The notes: generated by a model from the letters alone, not told the origin. 64,000 nucleotides of DNA from Tubiluchus corallicola (GCA_030141605.1 JAQGDQ010000487.1:62001-126000), one strand, 5' to 3'. Counted from the first letter of the stretch, positions 1 to 14,500 are shown. Translations and numbers: made by a program.

Positions 1-1085
1 AAAAGCACCTACCTGCCAAGTGATGTGCGAATTGTAACCTCAGTCTGCTAGTTTATCATGAATAGTAAAGACATTAAATGTTCAGAACTCTCGAACCAAA
101 CATTAATCTTTCACATAAGCTTTTATAGAAAAACATAATGGCAGAAATCTTGCAGTATGGGATAGCTTAGTGTTGTAAACACTTATGTATAGCGTCATTA
201 TATGAATCCGTTAGGTTGATCTAGTAGTACTTAATGAACAATAATTTCATGCTGTTTTAAATGAGTCAGATGCAATGCAAAAAATAACATTTAGGCCCAT
301 GTCGCACACAGCTAAACCTCGAGGCATCGTAAGCCGTAAGGAGACAAACCTGTCTCTTGAAAAATGAACACATGTTAAGCAATGGTCCCTGTCACACAGA
401 TAATCCATTTGCCGTGTTCCGCCAACTGCGATTTGCCTACCGTAATCCATCAACTATATACCGTGGTAGGCTCACAAGCCACTTTGAACAGTTCATAAGA
501 TGCCTTATTGTGAAATGAATTTGGAAATTAATTTCATTTGCCCTAAGGCATTTTTGGTAATTGCTAATGCGGTGATTAGCGTATTTGTGTTTTCTGTAGT
601 GTACTATTCCATTATATCGTAAGAATTCATAGCACCAATCTACTATAAACATTAAAAACACTTATTTATGATTGCCATATTATTACAATGCACATAAGAA
701 AAGTATACTACATGCAGGAAACAGCATAGTTGTCAATCATATTATACATTGTATGAGACTGACAATCTCTTACTGCGTAATGAAGAAAATAATTGTTTAT
801 GGCAAAATATCTTGTCATTTACACAGAGCAAGGCGCATACCTCGGATTATGACTTTCCCTTTTATGGCGGTCAGAAGGCGCCTTATGGCTTACGGATTGT
901 GGTTTGCCTCTTATGCCTTTCTCTGTGTGACACAAATGGGCCTTATAGTGTAATCACAAATAATGGAAACGTGGAAGATTGGAAGTCATTTAGTGTAAAT
1001 ATGAATACTATCGAAGGTGTCACTCAAAATCTTACAGTTATAGTGAACAAACATGACAGCTTTATATTAAATTGTGTATTTTTAG

Positions 1086-1287
1086 GAGCGAAGAAAAGAT
1101 ATACAAATCAGTGTTCAGTGGGACAGATCTTGTTGATTGGTTGATTGATTTAGGCCTAGTCCATGATCGTTCGGAAGCTGTCAAGTATGGGCGCCAGCTA
1201 GTCGAGGGTAGAGTAATACGTCATTATGCGAATCTGCATACATTCTATGATCAACCGTATTTCTACAAGTTTGTAGAACCATCCTAA
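1086..1287 (+). CDS. GPR155: Terminal coding exon (C-terminal DEP domain) of a GPR155/LYCHOS-like membrane protein; upstream exons not found in the window
   Basis: Acceptor ttttag ends at 1085. The exon encodes SEEKIYKSVFSGTDLVDWLIDLGLVHDRSEAVKYGRQLVEGRVIRHYANLHTFYDQPYFYKFVEPS*. This is a DEP domain (F.G.DLV.WL...GL..DR.EAV.YG..LV.G.VI.H) at the extreme C-terminus, as in GPR155. A long AT-rich 3' UTR follows, with AATAAA at 3643-3648. Confidence 0.8.
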
Positions 1288-2689
1288 TCTGTGAAAACAT
1301 CTCCGTACTACAACCTGTAAATTTTAAAAATCTGTTTTTGTGAAAGTACAAGTCTAAATCGGAGAATTAGCTTTAAAGAAAATGCAATAAGGAATCGTTA
1401 ATCTGTTGAATGTCAACGTGCATTGCTGATGTTTACTGGAGAACAGCATAGCAGTGTTTTGAATAGCCAGCCACCATGTTACAATTATCTTCATAATTTC
1501 TTGGTAAATGTTATTAAATGTTGCTGGAGTTTCTATAAATGTTATAATTTATTGCCTTAAAAGAATTGTGTTTATAGAAACTTTTTACCTACAGTCTAGA
1601 AAGTTTATTCAAGTGCTATGAAAAAATCGTAGTCTGAAAGTGTACTTTGCTGTGCAAGTGTTATGTTTATTTAGTTCTGCTGGTAAAACTGCAGCAACTC
1701 CATGAAATTGTTAGCGATTTCTGATTTTAAATCGTTTATTTATATTGCCAAGTTTTATTTGCACAATGAGTTATAAAAACTCATTATGAATATTGGTAAG
1801 TTTATTTTGGACCTGTAGGTAATAACCGACAGGTAAAAGATACCTGTGAACGTGATGTTCACAGAATTTAACTTTTTATAGTACTAGGTGCTAAAGCACA
1901 GTACTTTTTAAATGATGAAGTGTGTTGTCATAATTTTGCAGCATTTCCAAAGGCTTTGATATGCTAAATTTGTCATCATGTAACCATGTTGGTTTAATTT
2001 CAAGAATTTGTTTGTTAGTTATGTCTTATGTATGCCCAGTGTCATTCACTTCGAACTGAGAAAGCTCAAGTGTGATCGAGGAGATAATCATAGATTTATT
2101 TATATTTTTGAATGGTGATTGTGTGAGTGCTATTATTAAGTTTTATTTTGTTTATTTTTGTTACATGTATGACTTAATTAGTGTGTACATGTGCATTTAT
2201 TTTTTTATGTTAAATTTTGCATCTTAATTTATAAAAGCATTTTGTTTTTTCACAATAATTAGATCATATTTTACTAGGGATGCATTATTATCTCCAGCTG
2301 TACTTGATTACAAATTTTAGCATCACTTGAAGTAATGAATTTTAGAAATTTAATGCAAGAACTATAAATTGTGCCATTGTTAATGAGATTTTTTTCAACC
2401 TTACCTGTTTGTATCTTCAATCATATGTTTTTTACTAGGGTCCATGAACTTACAATAGTGGTTATATATCCAGTGCACAATATATTCTACAGCTTCATGG
2501 CTTGTCATTATTTTTATATGGATTTGTCTGAAAAATCTAAATTTGCTTTTTAATAAGTCAGCACATGCAGGCACCTTTGTGTTAATTCTTTGCAAGACTA
2601 TTGCATTAATTGTTGTTCACTACATGCATTCTGTTTTGCACCCGTAACTGTAAAAAGGTTGTCATGGTTGTGATGCATTTGCAATGAGC

Positions 2690-3010
2690 AATAGGGGTGG
2701 ACAGCAAACGTTTGAATCGAATTGGAATGAGTTTTTTTAATTTGAATTCAAAATTACGGATTTGAATAATTCACCACTAAACTATGTTCTTTGTCATTAA
2801 AAGGTGTGAAACACTTGCAAACAAGACAATTTAGCGCAATTTCTGTGCAAGTATTTGCATTTTTCTTGCGGAACAAAATCGAGCAATTTGTGTGATCTTT
2901 GAGAGACTGCTTTTTATTTGTGATTCGAAAATATTTAAAATTGCATTCGAATTCGACACGGATTCGGATCTTGAAATTTGGTTTTGTTGGAGTTCGATTC
3001 GAATGCATTT
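2690..3010. mobile_element. MITE-like dispersed repeat rich in TTCGAA/GAATCGAAT motifs
   Basis: It begins TAGGGGTGGACAG and has clustered ttcgaattcg/gattcgga motifs. Related sequence occurs in inverted orientation at ~60785-60920 and partially at ~44480-44590. Confidence 0.45.
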
Positions 3011-4819
3011 TCAGCTAAAAAATGCTCACAAATGCAAAATTAATGAGTACACCTATGTTAATTTTTTTAATTCTGTTAACTCAGGCTTATATGTGAAACT
3101 GCAGCAAAAATTTTTGTTTTAGCATTTTTTGTAGTGATGTCAGTTCTCTAGAAAGTGCAACAATTGTAGTATTTTGCAGTGTCATTATAAAACCAATTAT
3201 GTGTAAATTGCGACACATACATTTGGAGTGACTGTCGGTGCTGCCATCTATTGACAGTAAACACAGTTGTAACCAATTTGAAATTGCTTGTATGTTAATT
3301 GTCATGATGATAATAGTCATATATGTGGTTCCAAAACAAAGTGAAATTTGTGATAATCGTTTCTCTTTTCAACATATCATGAACGAAATTTCTTAGCAAA
3401 TTATTTTATTTTTCTACTTAGCAATTATTATTATCAAGTCTTACATTAGCAAACAATTTTGCTGTCTTGAAGGATTTTTAAAATGGCAGTGAGTTGTATG
3501 GTTCTGCTTATAGATTTTCTCACATATTCTTGGCCACGCAAAATTATTCTGTCAAGTAGTTTAAGCTACTAATCGATGTTTTCTAGATTGTATTTTTCTG
3601 TGTGTTAGAAAAAAGTTAATGAATCTAGTTGTTCTGATGAAAAATAAAACGTTGTGACAACATTTGTTTATGTCTACCGTAATTTGCCTTATAATTTACC
3701 TTACATAGCTATAGGGACTAGAATTGAACTCTGTTGCGGTCCTTCCTCAAAGATGCAATTGATTGATAGTGCATCTACGGTTGCCCACGCTGGCATGGGT
3801 TAATAACACGGGAAGCAATAAAAATGTGAACGGATATTAGTTCGAGAATAAGGAACAAACAGTTTCGTGTGATGTCCACCGAGAGATCGGTTGAGAAAAG
3901 AAATAATCTTCCACCAGAACGGTTAACACACTGGAGATTTTGTAACAGTGTATACAGTTTCGCAACGATGTTCGAGGAGTGTTACAGTTCACTCGATCAT
4001 AACTTAAACCATAAACGTAACTTTTGCTATCTGCGTCTGACCATAGATTATGTAATATCTGTTATCTAGCCGAAATACAGGGACCGTTATGTAGAGCATC
4101 CTGTTAGTTGAGGTTAGAATGTGCGTGCGGCTTTAAATTAAACAACATCCATTGAGTCTGCCCCAAAAATGTGTTTTCTGAATAACGTAATTATGTTAGT
4201 GATTGTTGTTCTCTGATACCTTTGCTGTAATTATAATGAAGGATAACTCACTTGCTCTATAAAGAAGGATAAAGCATTCGCTGGTGTTTATGATTGCGGG
4301 TGTTCACCAAACCGGTGGGTATATTACCTGCAGAATTTTGCGACACGCGAATTTTCAAAAAATTGTAAAAAATCAAATCTGTGTCAATTGACTGTAAAAT
4401 TTATAGGCTCCAAGCTTGAACATTGACCTACCATTGTGCGAGGTATCAAAATTTGCTACGTGTTGATAGTTTTTATGTGCAAATTTTTAAAAAATTCAAT
4501 CTGCAATGACTGATCCAAAAATATAGTAGACTTTAAGCTTGAATGTTACTCTCTGTGCGAGGTATCAATTTCTTACATTATTCCAGGGTTTAGAAAAGTG
4601 GTGATATATGGAAACAACCGACAATTCATTCTATTGTTTACCACTTACAGAGGCAATAGTAACTATTAAACCTTTGTGAAAAACACATATAATCGATCAA
4701 AATGTACAGACAGAACTCAAAAGACACACCACGCTAGTAGTGATAGCCTAGTTTAGAAATATGATTATAGAATATATAGAAACAATAAGAAAAAATTACA
4801 GTTAATATTAATGATTTGA

Positions 4820-5305
4820 TATTATTATTATTATTATGAGTTTATTTCGTATAAAATATACAGTTTACAAAGATAAAGATGTTAGTAAAACAGGTAATGC
4901 GATGTTAGTAAAGTAACATATCTACAGACATTAAACTTTATAATAACCACACATTGTAGTTCCCTTGTAATATACTGAAAATTATATTACAGTATACAGT
5001 GTTGTAAGGAGCTATAATAGATATCTTAAAACATAATCTTTAAATGAGTTCTTAACCTTTAATTTTACATTTTCGTTTAGATTTACAGTACAACCATATT
5101 TAAATCTTAAATTTACTGGACTGTTATTTACATAGTAGCATAGCTTTGGAATTCTCAATGTGCAAGAGTTTACAATTTTTCTCACAAAGTTTAATTTTCG
5201 ACTATCTATTAAATAATTCGCAGGCATTGTGCCACAAAAATACATTAACAATTTGACGCTTTCATTTTGTCTAAAATCGAATATTTTCTATAAGCAGTGT
5301 TCCAT
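4820..5305 (-). mobile_element. 5'-truncated non-LTR retrotransposon (LINE) 3' end
   Basis: The minus strand reads WNTAYRK.../...FRQNESVKLLMYFCGTMPANYLIDSRKLNFVRK across a frameshift, typical of a LINE ORF2 C-terminus. It is followed by AATAAA and a (TAA)n tail at ~4822-4847. Confidence 0.6.
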
Positions 5306-6242
5306 TTTACCCTAATGGCATTAACTTCATTGTTACAGCATGCGTACAATTAATGACAAGAACCAGAAGTAAAAACTTGTTATGTACTTGCGTCATTATA
5401 GGCATGTCCAGTGACTGCAAAAAGTACTTACTGTAATTTGCGAAACGAACTGGAACTGCGAAATGTAGAGAGAGATACAGAATAGAGGCAGAAAGAGCGT
5501 GGAAAAGCGAGAAATCGAGCGCGAGGGAGCAAAAGAGAGTGTGTGTAAGTGAGAGAAAAAGAGGGAGCGGGGGAGAGAAAGTGAATATCACTCTTAGGCA
5601 GTTACTTTTACAATGATTCTGAATTATTTTTTGGTGTTTAAAGAAGATGTGCATGCATGTGAATGTGACATCTCTGACAGTTCAATGTTTTATCTCAGAT
5701 GCTTATCTTTATAATGAACTAAGGTCTTGCGAATTGGATTAGTATTCTAATCTAGGAGAGCGAAGGTTCGTAATTTACTGGGCATGCGTTGACCTCAAGA
5801 TATTCACAAATCTGTATAGTTCGCAAAACTTTGGTGTTTTCATTTTTATAATTGTTATTTATTTAGCATTATTTCAAATCAAGTTGCAAAACAAAATATT
5901 TTGCCAAAACGAAATACAAAAGAAGATTGACTCTTTAAACAGTGCGTCATTTTAAATTATTCTGATTTCTGATATAATCAGTATATCAAATATATAGTCA
6001 GTAATCAAAGCGCTGTAAATAACAAAAGAAGAGCGGAACGAAAATAAACGAATAGAGTGGAGGACGGAAAGAGAAAGAAAGAGTGAGGGGCACAAGGAAG
6101 AGAGGGGGATTAATAAGGAGAAAGGGGTATAGAAAACAAAGGGGGTAAGTGAGAGGGACTGAGGGAAAGAGACAAAAACAAGGGAAAGACAGAGAGAAAG
6201 AAGAAGAAGACGAGGAAGAGAGAGACGGTTAGAGTGGGAGAA

Positions 6243-9200
6243 CTTATACTAGAACTATACCTATACTAATATACTAGAACTTAAAGAAGAAATCCGCATA
6301 TGCACGCCACCCAGTGTCTCCATTTTAGGTAAAATGCCATGAAAACGAGCAAGTAATAATCTGTCATCTTTATCTGCCGAATCAAATGAACTAAATAACT
6401 CTACCAACTCCCGATGACGTTGAAACCCCAGAATCACGATCCCCTCCCGACCTCAGAGCCTTCAGCAGCCCAGCCAACAACTCCTCTGACGATCCCATCC
6501 CTAATAAAAGAGCAAATTCATCATCACAATAATGTAACAACATATAGAAGTACCTCACGATTTCTTTAACTACAAATCATACAAACAATCACTTCGGAAA
6601 GAAACCCGCGCTTACATAAAAGTTTTGTTTAAACAACAAAATAAACCGTGTCAAATAATAATCATTACACACACAAAAGCATGCACTATAATGCACAGAC
6701 ACACAAAATACACGCACACAAATGTGTAAGCACAAACAGACAATAGCCAAATATGAAGTATAAAAATCACGTTATTATAACAATACATACAAACTTTCGT
6801 TTATACTTATATAAATATTATACACCTGCAACACCTACAGACATGATATAATAACTATATAGCAACCCTTAAACACTAACTATAGTCGTATAGAACAATA
6901 TGAATAGGTAACAACACAAATATCATACCTCAAGAAAATAGAAAACACTTGCCGACGACGAAGACAGAAAACGGATTACAACCCCTATAAAGACACCGAA
7001 GAACAAAGCACCCCTACCCTAAAACAAAATAAAATATACATTAATCAACATAAACAACCCAACCGACAACAAACACGTTCGGTATTGACTGAAAAAACAC
7101 AAACACAACAAAGAACTCACTAGGACCAGGACCGACACCAACATAAATTAGTTAACTACAAACCAACATAGAAGATAATGCACTACAAAACGAAAACATA
7201 TTTATACAATATATTGTCACCCAATTTTTACCATCTTTAAAATTTTAGGCTCACTTCAGAAATCTTGTACCAAGACAATCTTATAGCATGAACACCTCCG
7301 CCAATACATACACCTTCAAACAATAATCATATACTTTGATCTTACTATAAACGAAACCAATTTTTGCAACAATTTTAACTTAATTATATATAAAACCATC
7401 TTGGCAGCAACTTTTAAACAACAAAATAATCAAACATGATCCTAAAAAACACACAGACAGAAAAGGGCGTGCGCGCGCATGCACCCACACTCGCACATGA
7501 TTACTCACCAAAAAGACAAATACATAAACAATACAATCATAACTATAAAAAGCAACACACACTCACACAAATAACACTTTAACAACTCCCAACTAAAACT
7601 CAAATCAAGCAAATTAAAATAGACAATAAAATGAAAAACCTTATTTCAAAGAATCAAGCTTGATAACAACTGCTGACAACAAAGACACAAAACAAGATGA
7701 CAACTCCACTGAAACAAAAAATAAAGCTTACATTACATAACACTAGCTACCTAACCAATAACAAACACATGAAAAAGTACTTTGAAAACTTAACCACATT
7801 TGAAAACTCACCAGAGCAAGCACCAACAAAAACAATCCTAACACACTAACAATCACAATCTCAGACTGCTAACTATATAGATACTCTCTGATAACTATAC
7901 CAATATCAAGTAATAGCTTTCAAACATACAAGCATACATAAAACACACACACGCACACACTCACACAAGAACAAATGCATACACTTGAACGATCAACAAA
8001 TAATTAGAATACAAAAATAACAAAGTCATAACTATGCATGAAAGCAGTCACCCATTTTAGCATTACATGTTTGTAACAAAACTCTGCTCTAAAACACCAA
8101 AAGGCAATACAGACACACAAATAACCTCTGAACAATCATCAACTACACCATAATTCCAGCCATACAAAATTACGAAAACAATAACATAAAATAACTTACC
8201 TCAAAGAACTAACTCAATCACAAGTGTTTACACCACAAGTAGGAACAAAGTGGCACCTCTGCTAAAACAGATTTTAAACTAGTAAAACCGCCAACCAATA
8301 ACAAACATACGCAATGGTACATAAAAAACTTAGCCACAACAGGAACTTACTAGAACAGGCACCAGCAAAACAACTGTTATCATTCCAACAACAACAACAG
8401 CTGTTTACATCACATAGCTAGCCTCTTGAATTTAAATCTTATCAGCTTCAATCACTCATATAAAACCTATGATACAGCAATCTCACTAACACGAGCACAC
8501 ACAACAATATTAAGCAACCCTACATTTCTTTACACATAGAAACCGCTATACACATTACTAGCTCTCTCAATCATATACAGTAATTTAACAACAATCAGTC
8601 AACTAAAGATATATTCGTAAAATGCACCCATACACACACAAAAACACACGCACACATGTACGCAATCGTACTATACTAATGTTACTATACATACAAACGC
8701 TCTGACATTTATTGAACGCCACACTAATAGTAACGTAGTCTCCTAAAACTTGTAAGCACAGCAGTCTTTCAAAACAACTAGCTTTCATTAATTTTCATAT
8801 ATAAACTACAAAAACCCAAACCTCAAAAGCAAGAAATTATAATCAGACAATCTCAAACACCTCTTACATGCAAACAGGAACTCTCACTTAAATATAATCT
8901 CCTAACAGCAAAACAAACCACCTGCAAAAAATATATAAAATCACAGCCCACAAACAAATAAACAAACACGCACACACACACACGCACATACAAGCATGCG
9001 CGCGCGCGCACACACACACGCACATACAAGCATGCACACACGAATGCTCACCAAATAAATAGAATATAAAAATAACACAACACATGAGAATTTCTACTCA
9101 TACCACTTCAGCATTAAATATTATAACAATTCTCTGTACTAAAATATCTAAATATAACACAAACACATAAATAACCTTTTAGCAACCATCAACTGCAATT

Positions 9201-11030
9201 ATAACTCAAAACAAATGTAATTCAACCTAACTATAACATAAAATAATTCACTTCAAAGAACTGACTTGGTTACAACTGTTTGCTCCACAAAAAAGACAAA
9301 ATGGCACCTCTGATAAAAACAGATATTAGCACACATGGCATGAGCAACCAGTCGATTACAAGCATATGCAATGATGCATAAAAAACATGACCACAGCAGA
9401 AACTCATTAAGGCAGGGAGCAACTGCTACGCACCAGGAACCACAGCAGCTTATTCACAAAAGTCATCCACAACCTGCTAACTCTATTAATTACAGCATTA
9501 TAACAGCCTCATATCCAACCACCCTATGATACAAACAGTCTCACTAACACAAGCACACACAAAAATAATAAACAAATTAAAAAAAATTATATATAAAAGC
9601 TGCTAAATGCATCACTAGCACTCACACTTACATACAGCCCATGAACAACAAATTAGTCAGCCACAAAACATAAATAATCATGACATACAAGCACACACAC
9701 ATACACACGCACGCACACACTAACTCAAACATTTAACAAGCATACTCAACAAAAAAAAATTGAATAACACAACTAGCACCATACATACAAACACCCACTC
9801 GCAAGCTTCTGAACATTTTGCCAACATTAATCTACATTCCCACAACATCTAAACACAAAACAATTACAAAAACAACCTCCTAGCTATTTCTGACCATAAA
9901 TACGACATTTCAACAATATAGACTCTTCAACACAAATTTGCACTTCAAACATAAATCAAAATGGCGCTTTGAAAATTATATAAAACAAAACAGACATTAC
10001 ATGATTCAAACAATTCCAATTTACACAAAAACATACACCACCACACAGAAAACGCAACCATTACAGTAATTCTCAACACAGAGTACAGCAGTACAGAGTA
10101 CAGCAACACACAATCATCAGCAGGCACACTATAGCAGAAGCATGCTCGAAGATATGAACCTATGTATGGAAAGCTAGCACGTTTTTAAAAATATTACTTC
10201 CAACCAGTAATGTTGGCTAACATCGGATAAAAAAGACTGCTATAAACAGGCTTTATTAAATTTAAAGCCTCTACAGCTATTAATGTAATATAAATAAATA
10301 ACTATATATATATAGTTATATATATATATATATATATAACTATATATATATATATATATATATATAAGTTATTTTAGCTCAACTCTCCCTAATAGGTCAA
10401 TCCTAAGATTTGGAGGGAAACTAACAAAGGAAGCAGAAAATGCTGGCAATCTCTGAACATCTGATATTTGTAAGTAATTGTTTTATAACTTCAATTGTGC
10501 ACTGCATTTCGAACTCTATAAGTCGAAAGCAGCCGAAACTCAACTCTCAAGTTCCTCCTGACAACTGCAAAAAACCTGTATTTGCATTTGTTTTTTTTTG
10601 TCTTCCTTATTCCTTTCATAACATATTCCTTGGAAAATATTATAACTATACGTATACAAAATTTCTCTCCATTAATACAAACTATTTTATGATTATAATT
10701 ACGCTCCTGCAAAAATGAGAATATAATTACCTCTCAAATAACTAAAACTATAATATATAAACCTACTCCCATGACCTTCTTTCTCCAAACTGTTTTTTCG
10801 CGCTATCCTGTTCTTACTGACCTACCTTAATTTTCCCTTTTCACATTTATTACATAATTCTTTTCTCTCTAGTACAAACTACATATACTAACAAATGCCA
10901 GGTGCCACTTAGCTGGTCGGCCGCTACTTTGCGATATACTTCAGTGTAACCTAAAGACATGTGCTCGCACCTAGCATAACCTCTTTGGTAATCGCATTTC
11001 TAGGACCAATTTTTACAAACAAGAAAATAG
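6243..11030. repeat. ~4.8-kb strongly A/C-rich (G-depleted) domain with diverged internal repeats; possibly a decayed mobile element
   Basis: The + strand shows visible compositional skew. Related blocks recur (tcaaagaa at ~7645, ~8200, ~9252; ccaataacaaaca-like motif at ~7755, ~8295, ~9350). There is an embedded (TA)n at ~10303-10366, and GA-rich tracts flank both sides. Confidence 0.45.
10303..10366. repeat. (TA)n microsatellite
   Basis: Direct reading of an interrupted TA run. Confidence 0.9.
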
Positions 11031-12043
11031 GAGAGAGAGACAGTTAGAGCAGGAGAGAAAAAGACGGGGAGAGAGAGAGAGAGAGAGAGAATGAGAGTGT
11101 GTGAGTGAGAGCGGGAGAGTAAGAGGCAGAAAGAAAAAGAGCAAAAGGGTTTAAAAAACGTTTTAATTTACTCTTGATTACTTTTAGTATAGTGATCATT
11201 TCTGTATAGTATACCACTGTATCAAATTTTGTTTATTCAGATAGCATCGAACTTCGAAGAATTGAAATTGCTACTTCCGTTGTTAATAACCAGACGTAAA
11301 TTGTGCTTTCATATGAATACTAAAGTAACATAATAATCCTTTTGTTTAAACGTGTAAATGCTGTTAAACAGTAAAAAATTTGGAGAAACGAAAAGGATAA
11401 TGGTTTTCAGCAATTACTAATATGAAGATTTTCTTGTTCTTCTGGTTTCTGCTTGTTCTGTTGCTGCTTTTTATTCCGATTATGTACTAGTAAATCACAA
11501 TTAATTACAGTAGCCATAATTAATCCGTAAACAAGTTGGCAGAGTAACAGTATGTATGTGTGTTTGTGTTAGCCTTAAATTGCAGTTTAAAGCACTATAT
11601 TTAAAGACTATCGAACACGAATGATGTTTGGTCATTTCCCTAAAACCGCTAGTTGAATGTGTAAAAAACTTACTTCAAATGTGCGATACGGGTTTTCAAA
11701 TTTATATTTTACCAATCGTGATGGTGACTAACGTTTCTAAACGTGCAGCGTCAGTCGAAATAAAGGGAAAAATGGCTAAGACAGCTCACACAGAGATACG
11801 ACAATTTTACATTTTTCTGGTGCAATCACTGCTAAAGTTAAGTTTCTTTTAATGAATTTGTGCTGGCGCTAGTCTGGAAATGAAAATATGTTAAAATTTG
11901 CGGCTCATATCTTCAATTTTCGCAACAATCCTCAGAGGTGTTTCAGGGTTTTTGTAATATGTTTCAAGTCGATAACAGAAAAGTTTAATTTTCTGCGTAA
12001 ACTTGGCAAACTTACAATCTAGTAAAATCGCAGGCAGCGAGTC

Positions 12044-13012
12044 ATGTCTCGTATGACAGACTGTGCTAACTTTACCTTTATAGGACTTACTGTAACCATA
12101 GGTTTCATCAACTTTCTGTCATGGAAGACTTCAGTTGGTAATGGAAAGAGTTCCAAAGGTAGATTTACTAGTTGTTGCTGTAGTGTGTGGCAAGGAAATA
12201 ATAATATCACAATTGGGAACGATATCTTACGAACGGAATTGGGTAATGCGACAGATGATGATAAACTCCTCATAACTCAGATCAGACATCATTGGCTCAT
12301 CGGGCCACCGCGTACTCCTTCAACTGGACATGTAAAAGATTCCTCCCAACTTCGACAATCAACAGTGGTTGACGAGTTATTAGGAGAGAAAAGAAATGGA
12401 TTCTATGTGGAAAGTGGCGCGGCGGATGGTACCATCTCAAACTCGTTGTTCTTCGAGAGAAATCGTGAGTGGAAGGGACTTTTGGTCGAGCCAAATCCGG
12501 AATTATTTAGGAAGTTGTTAAAAACAAAACGTAACGCGTGCTTTATTAACAGCTGCCTGAGTCCTAACAAGACTTCCAGCAGAGAAGAATTTACAATGGG
12601 AGGTTTATTGGGCGGCTTGGTACAAACAACTGATCCGGATCATGCTAAAAGAGTAAGAAATAGGAAAAATGGTGCAGTAGAAACTAAGACAGTTCAGTGC
12701 TTCCCATTATATTCTATAATGTTAGCCATGGGACGTACACATATTGATTATCTTTCACTGGACATGGAAGGCGCTGAGCTGAGTGTATTGAAAACCATTC
12801 CTTTTCAGAAACTCACAATAAATGTGATGACGATAGAATACCGGAGCAGTAACGGTACGCACATTAACAAACAACGGACGGTGGAGCGCCTCAATAGTAT
12901 CCGGACATTATTGCGCGATATCGGATTGTACGAGGAAGTGACTCGTCTACCTGCTGGGAAACCACAGAGTGGCATAGATGTGGTGTTCATGCGAAAAAAC
13001 AGTGTTACGTGA
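12044..13012 (+). CDS. FkbM-family (Methyltransf_21) / protein Star-like SAM-dependent methyltransferase with N-terminal signal anchor; single coding exon
   Basis: 322-aa ORF with hydrophobic N-terminus FTFIGLTVTIGFINFLSW. Motifs FYVESGAADG..SNSLFFE...WKGLLVEPN, VQCFPLYSIMLAMG..HIDYLSLDMEGAELSVLKTIPF and final DVVF match invertebrate Star-like FkbM proteins. AATAAA at 13142-13147. Confidence 0.88.
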   Translation: MSRMTDCANFTFIGLTVTIGFINFLSWKTSVGNGKSSKGRFTSCCCSVWQGNNNITIGNDILRTELGNATDDDKLLITQIRHHWLIGPPRTPSTGHVKDSSQLRQSTVVDELLGEKRNGFYVESGAADGTISNSLFFERNREWKGLLVEPNPELFRKLLKTKRNACFINSCLSPNKTSSREEFTMGGLLGGLVQTTDPDHAKRVRNRKNGAVETKTVQCFPLYSIMLAMGRTHIDYLSLDMEGAELSVLKTIPFQKLTINVMTIEYRSSNGTHINKQRTVERLNSIRTLLRDIGLYEEVTRLPAGKPQSGIDVVFMRKNSVT

Positions 13013-14500
13013 ACACGATCCAATGGCTCAACAGGGACTTTCGAAAAAAGACATCAAAAGCTTTTCGTTATCTTAGTCAACTATAACTCAACGTGTAAAT
13101 TAAATTTATATTCAATTAAGTGACTATTAATAACAAACCATAATAAATTTTTAACTTTTTCACTCGTTAGAATATTAATGCTGTTGTGTGTATCCTAACG
13201 TCTGAGCTTTTAAGGACAAGTTTTTGAGGACAAGAATAGCAATTCAACATCACAGTATACACGTATACATACATATGCAGTAGTACCATCGAAAACAGCA
13301 GCACGCATAGCTAATTATGCCAAAATGTTAATGAGTTAAAACCAAGTAACGTGGCTAATGTAAAGCATACATGTCAAAAACTTGTTACGTGTCGTAATAT
13401 TAACTTTGTTACAACACACAACGCAACACTTACATTACATGTATATTATGTTATGTTACGTACAGCAGTATGGTTTCACTAGCGTGCCAGGGCCCTGCCT
13501 GCTGGCCCATAATAGAGAACCGAAAAGAGAATAATATAAATAATCATTAAAAACAAGTTAAAATGAACTACATGAATTAATATGTGAACCAGAATACAAA
13601 GTAATAATTATTACAACGCGAAACAAGAATCGTATAAAAACTTTTCAAGTACTGTGCATTTCATTAGGCAAAAAACATTCAGTCTTAAGTTTTATCTTAT
13701 ACACACAGGGATTACTACTTGCTAAACATAAATCTTTGGACTTTTATCGTGTGCAATTGACATCGTTTGACTTTATCATTACAAGCAACATAAGGTGACA
13801 CGACTGATGTAAACTAAGCATATATACATGTATATTTACAACAAGCTCAAAACTTAGCTATGACATAATATTAAATTTGTTACAATATGTAATAAAATTA
13901 TTATTGCATGTAGTAGCCATGGTTCACGAGAATAAAGTGAAGATTAGTGGATGTGCATGGCATCTGCAGATAATGGCAAATCACAATTGTTGTCCATTAA
14001 CAAATAAACCAAATTAAACCAAACATTTCTTTTGCTATTTCAAATGTGCCTCCTTAATTGATTTAATTGCACTTTTCTGTCACTGAGGAGCATAAATATA
14101 ATCATTTTTGTTTGGGCGCGTCAACGTTTTATTTTCTTGGAATGTTTTGCACAACAATGTAAGAAACACGTTGTATTAGAATTGACACGAATTCAAGGCA
14201 GCCAGCGATGAGATTCATTATTTTGACCAAATAAGTTCTCAAATCGTCTTCTACAATAGCCGAAGTTTTTGTTACAGATGTGAAGATATAATGCAACGGG
14301 TAGGTATAGCAATACTAACGTTAGGTAAAAAAAGCAATCAAAGGCAACAGAAACCATTCTACTCGTGAACGTTAATGTTACCAAGCAAGTTTTTCTTGTT
14401 CGCATTGAGCTTTTGTCATTGCTGACTGCATACAGGTGCTGCACAAAGTAACACAGTCTCAGCCTCAACTGATGCAGGACACAGTACTTAGGCTTCAGCA

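Noticed and set aside
749-1144. 131-aa ORF overlapping the GPR155 exon
   Set aside because: It has no recognisable domain, is in a different frame from the DEP exon, and lies mostly in the intron.
6243-10300. Nuclear mitochondrial insertion suggested by strand skew
   Set aside because: No mitochondrial protein, rRNA or tRNA motifs are recognisable; the region instead has internal repeats and CA microsatellites.
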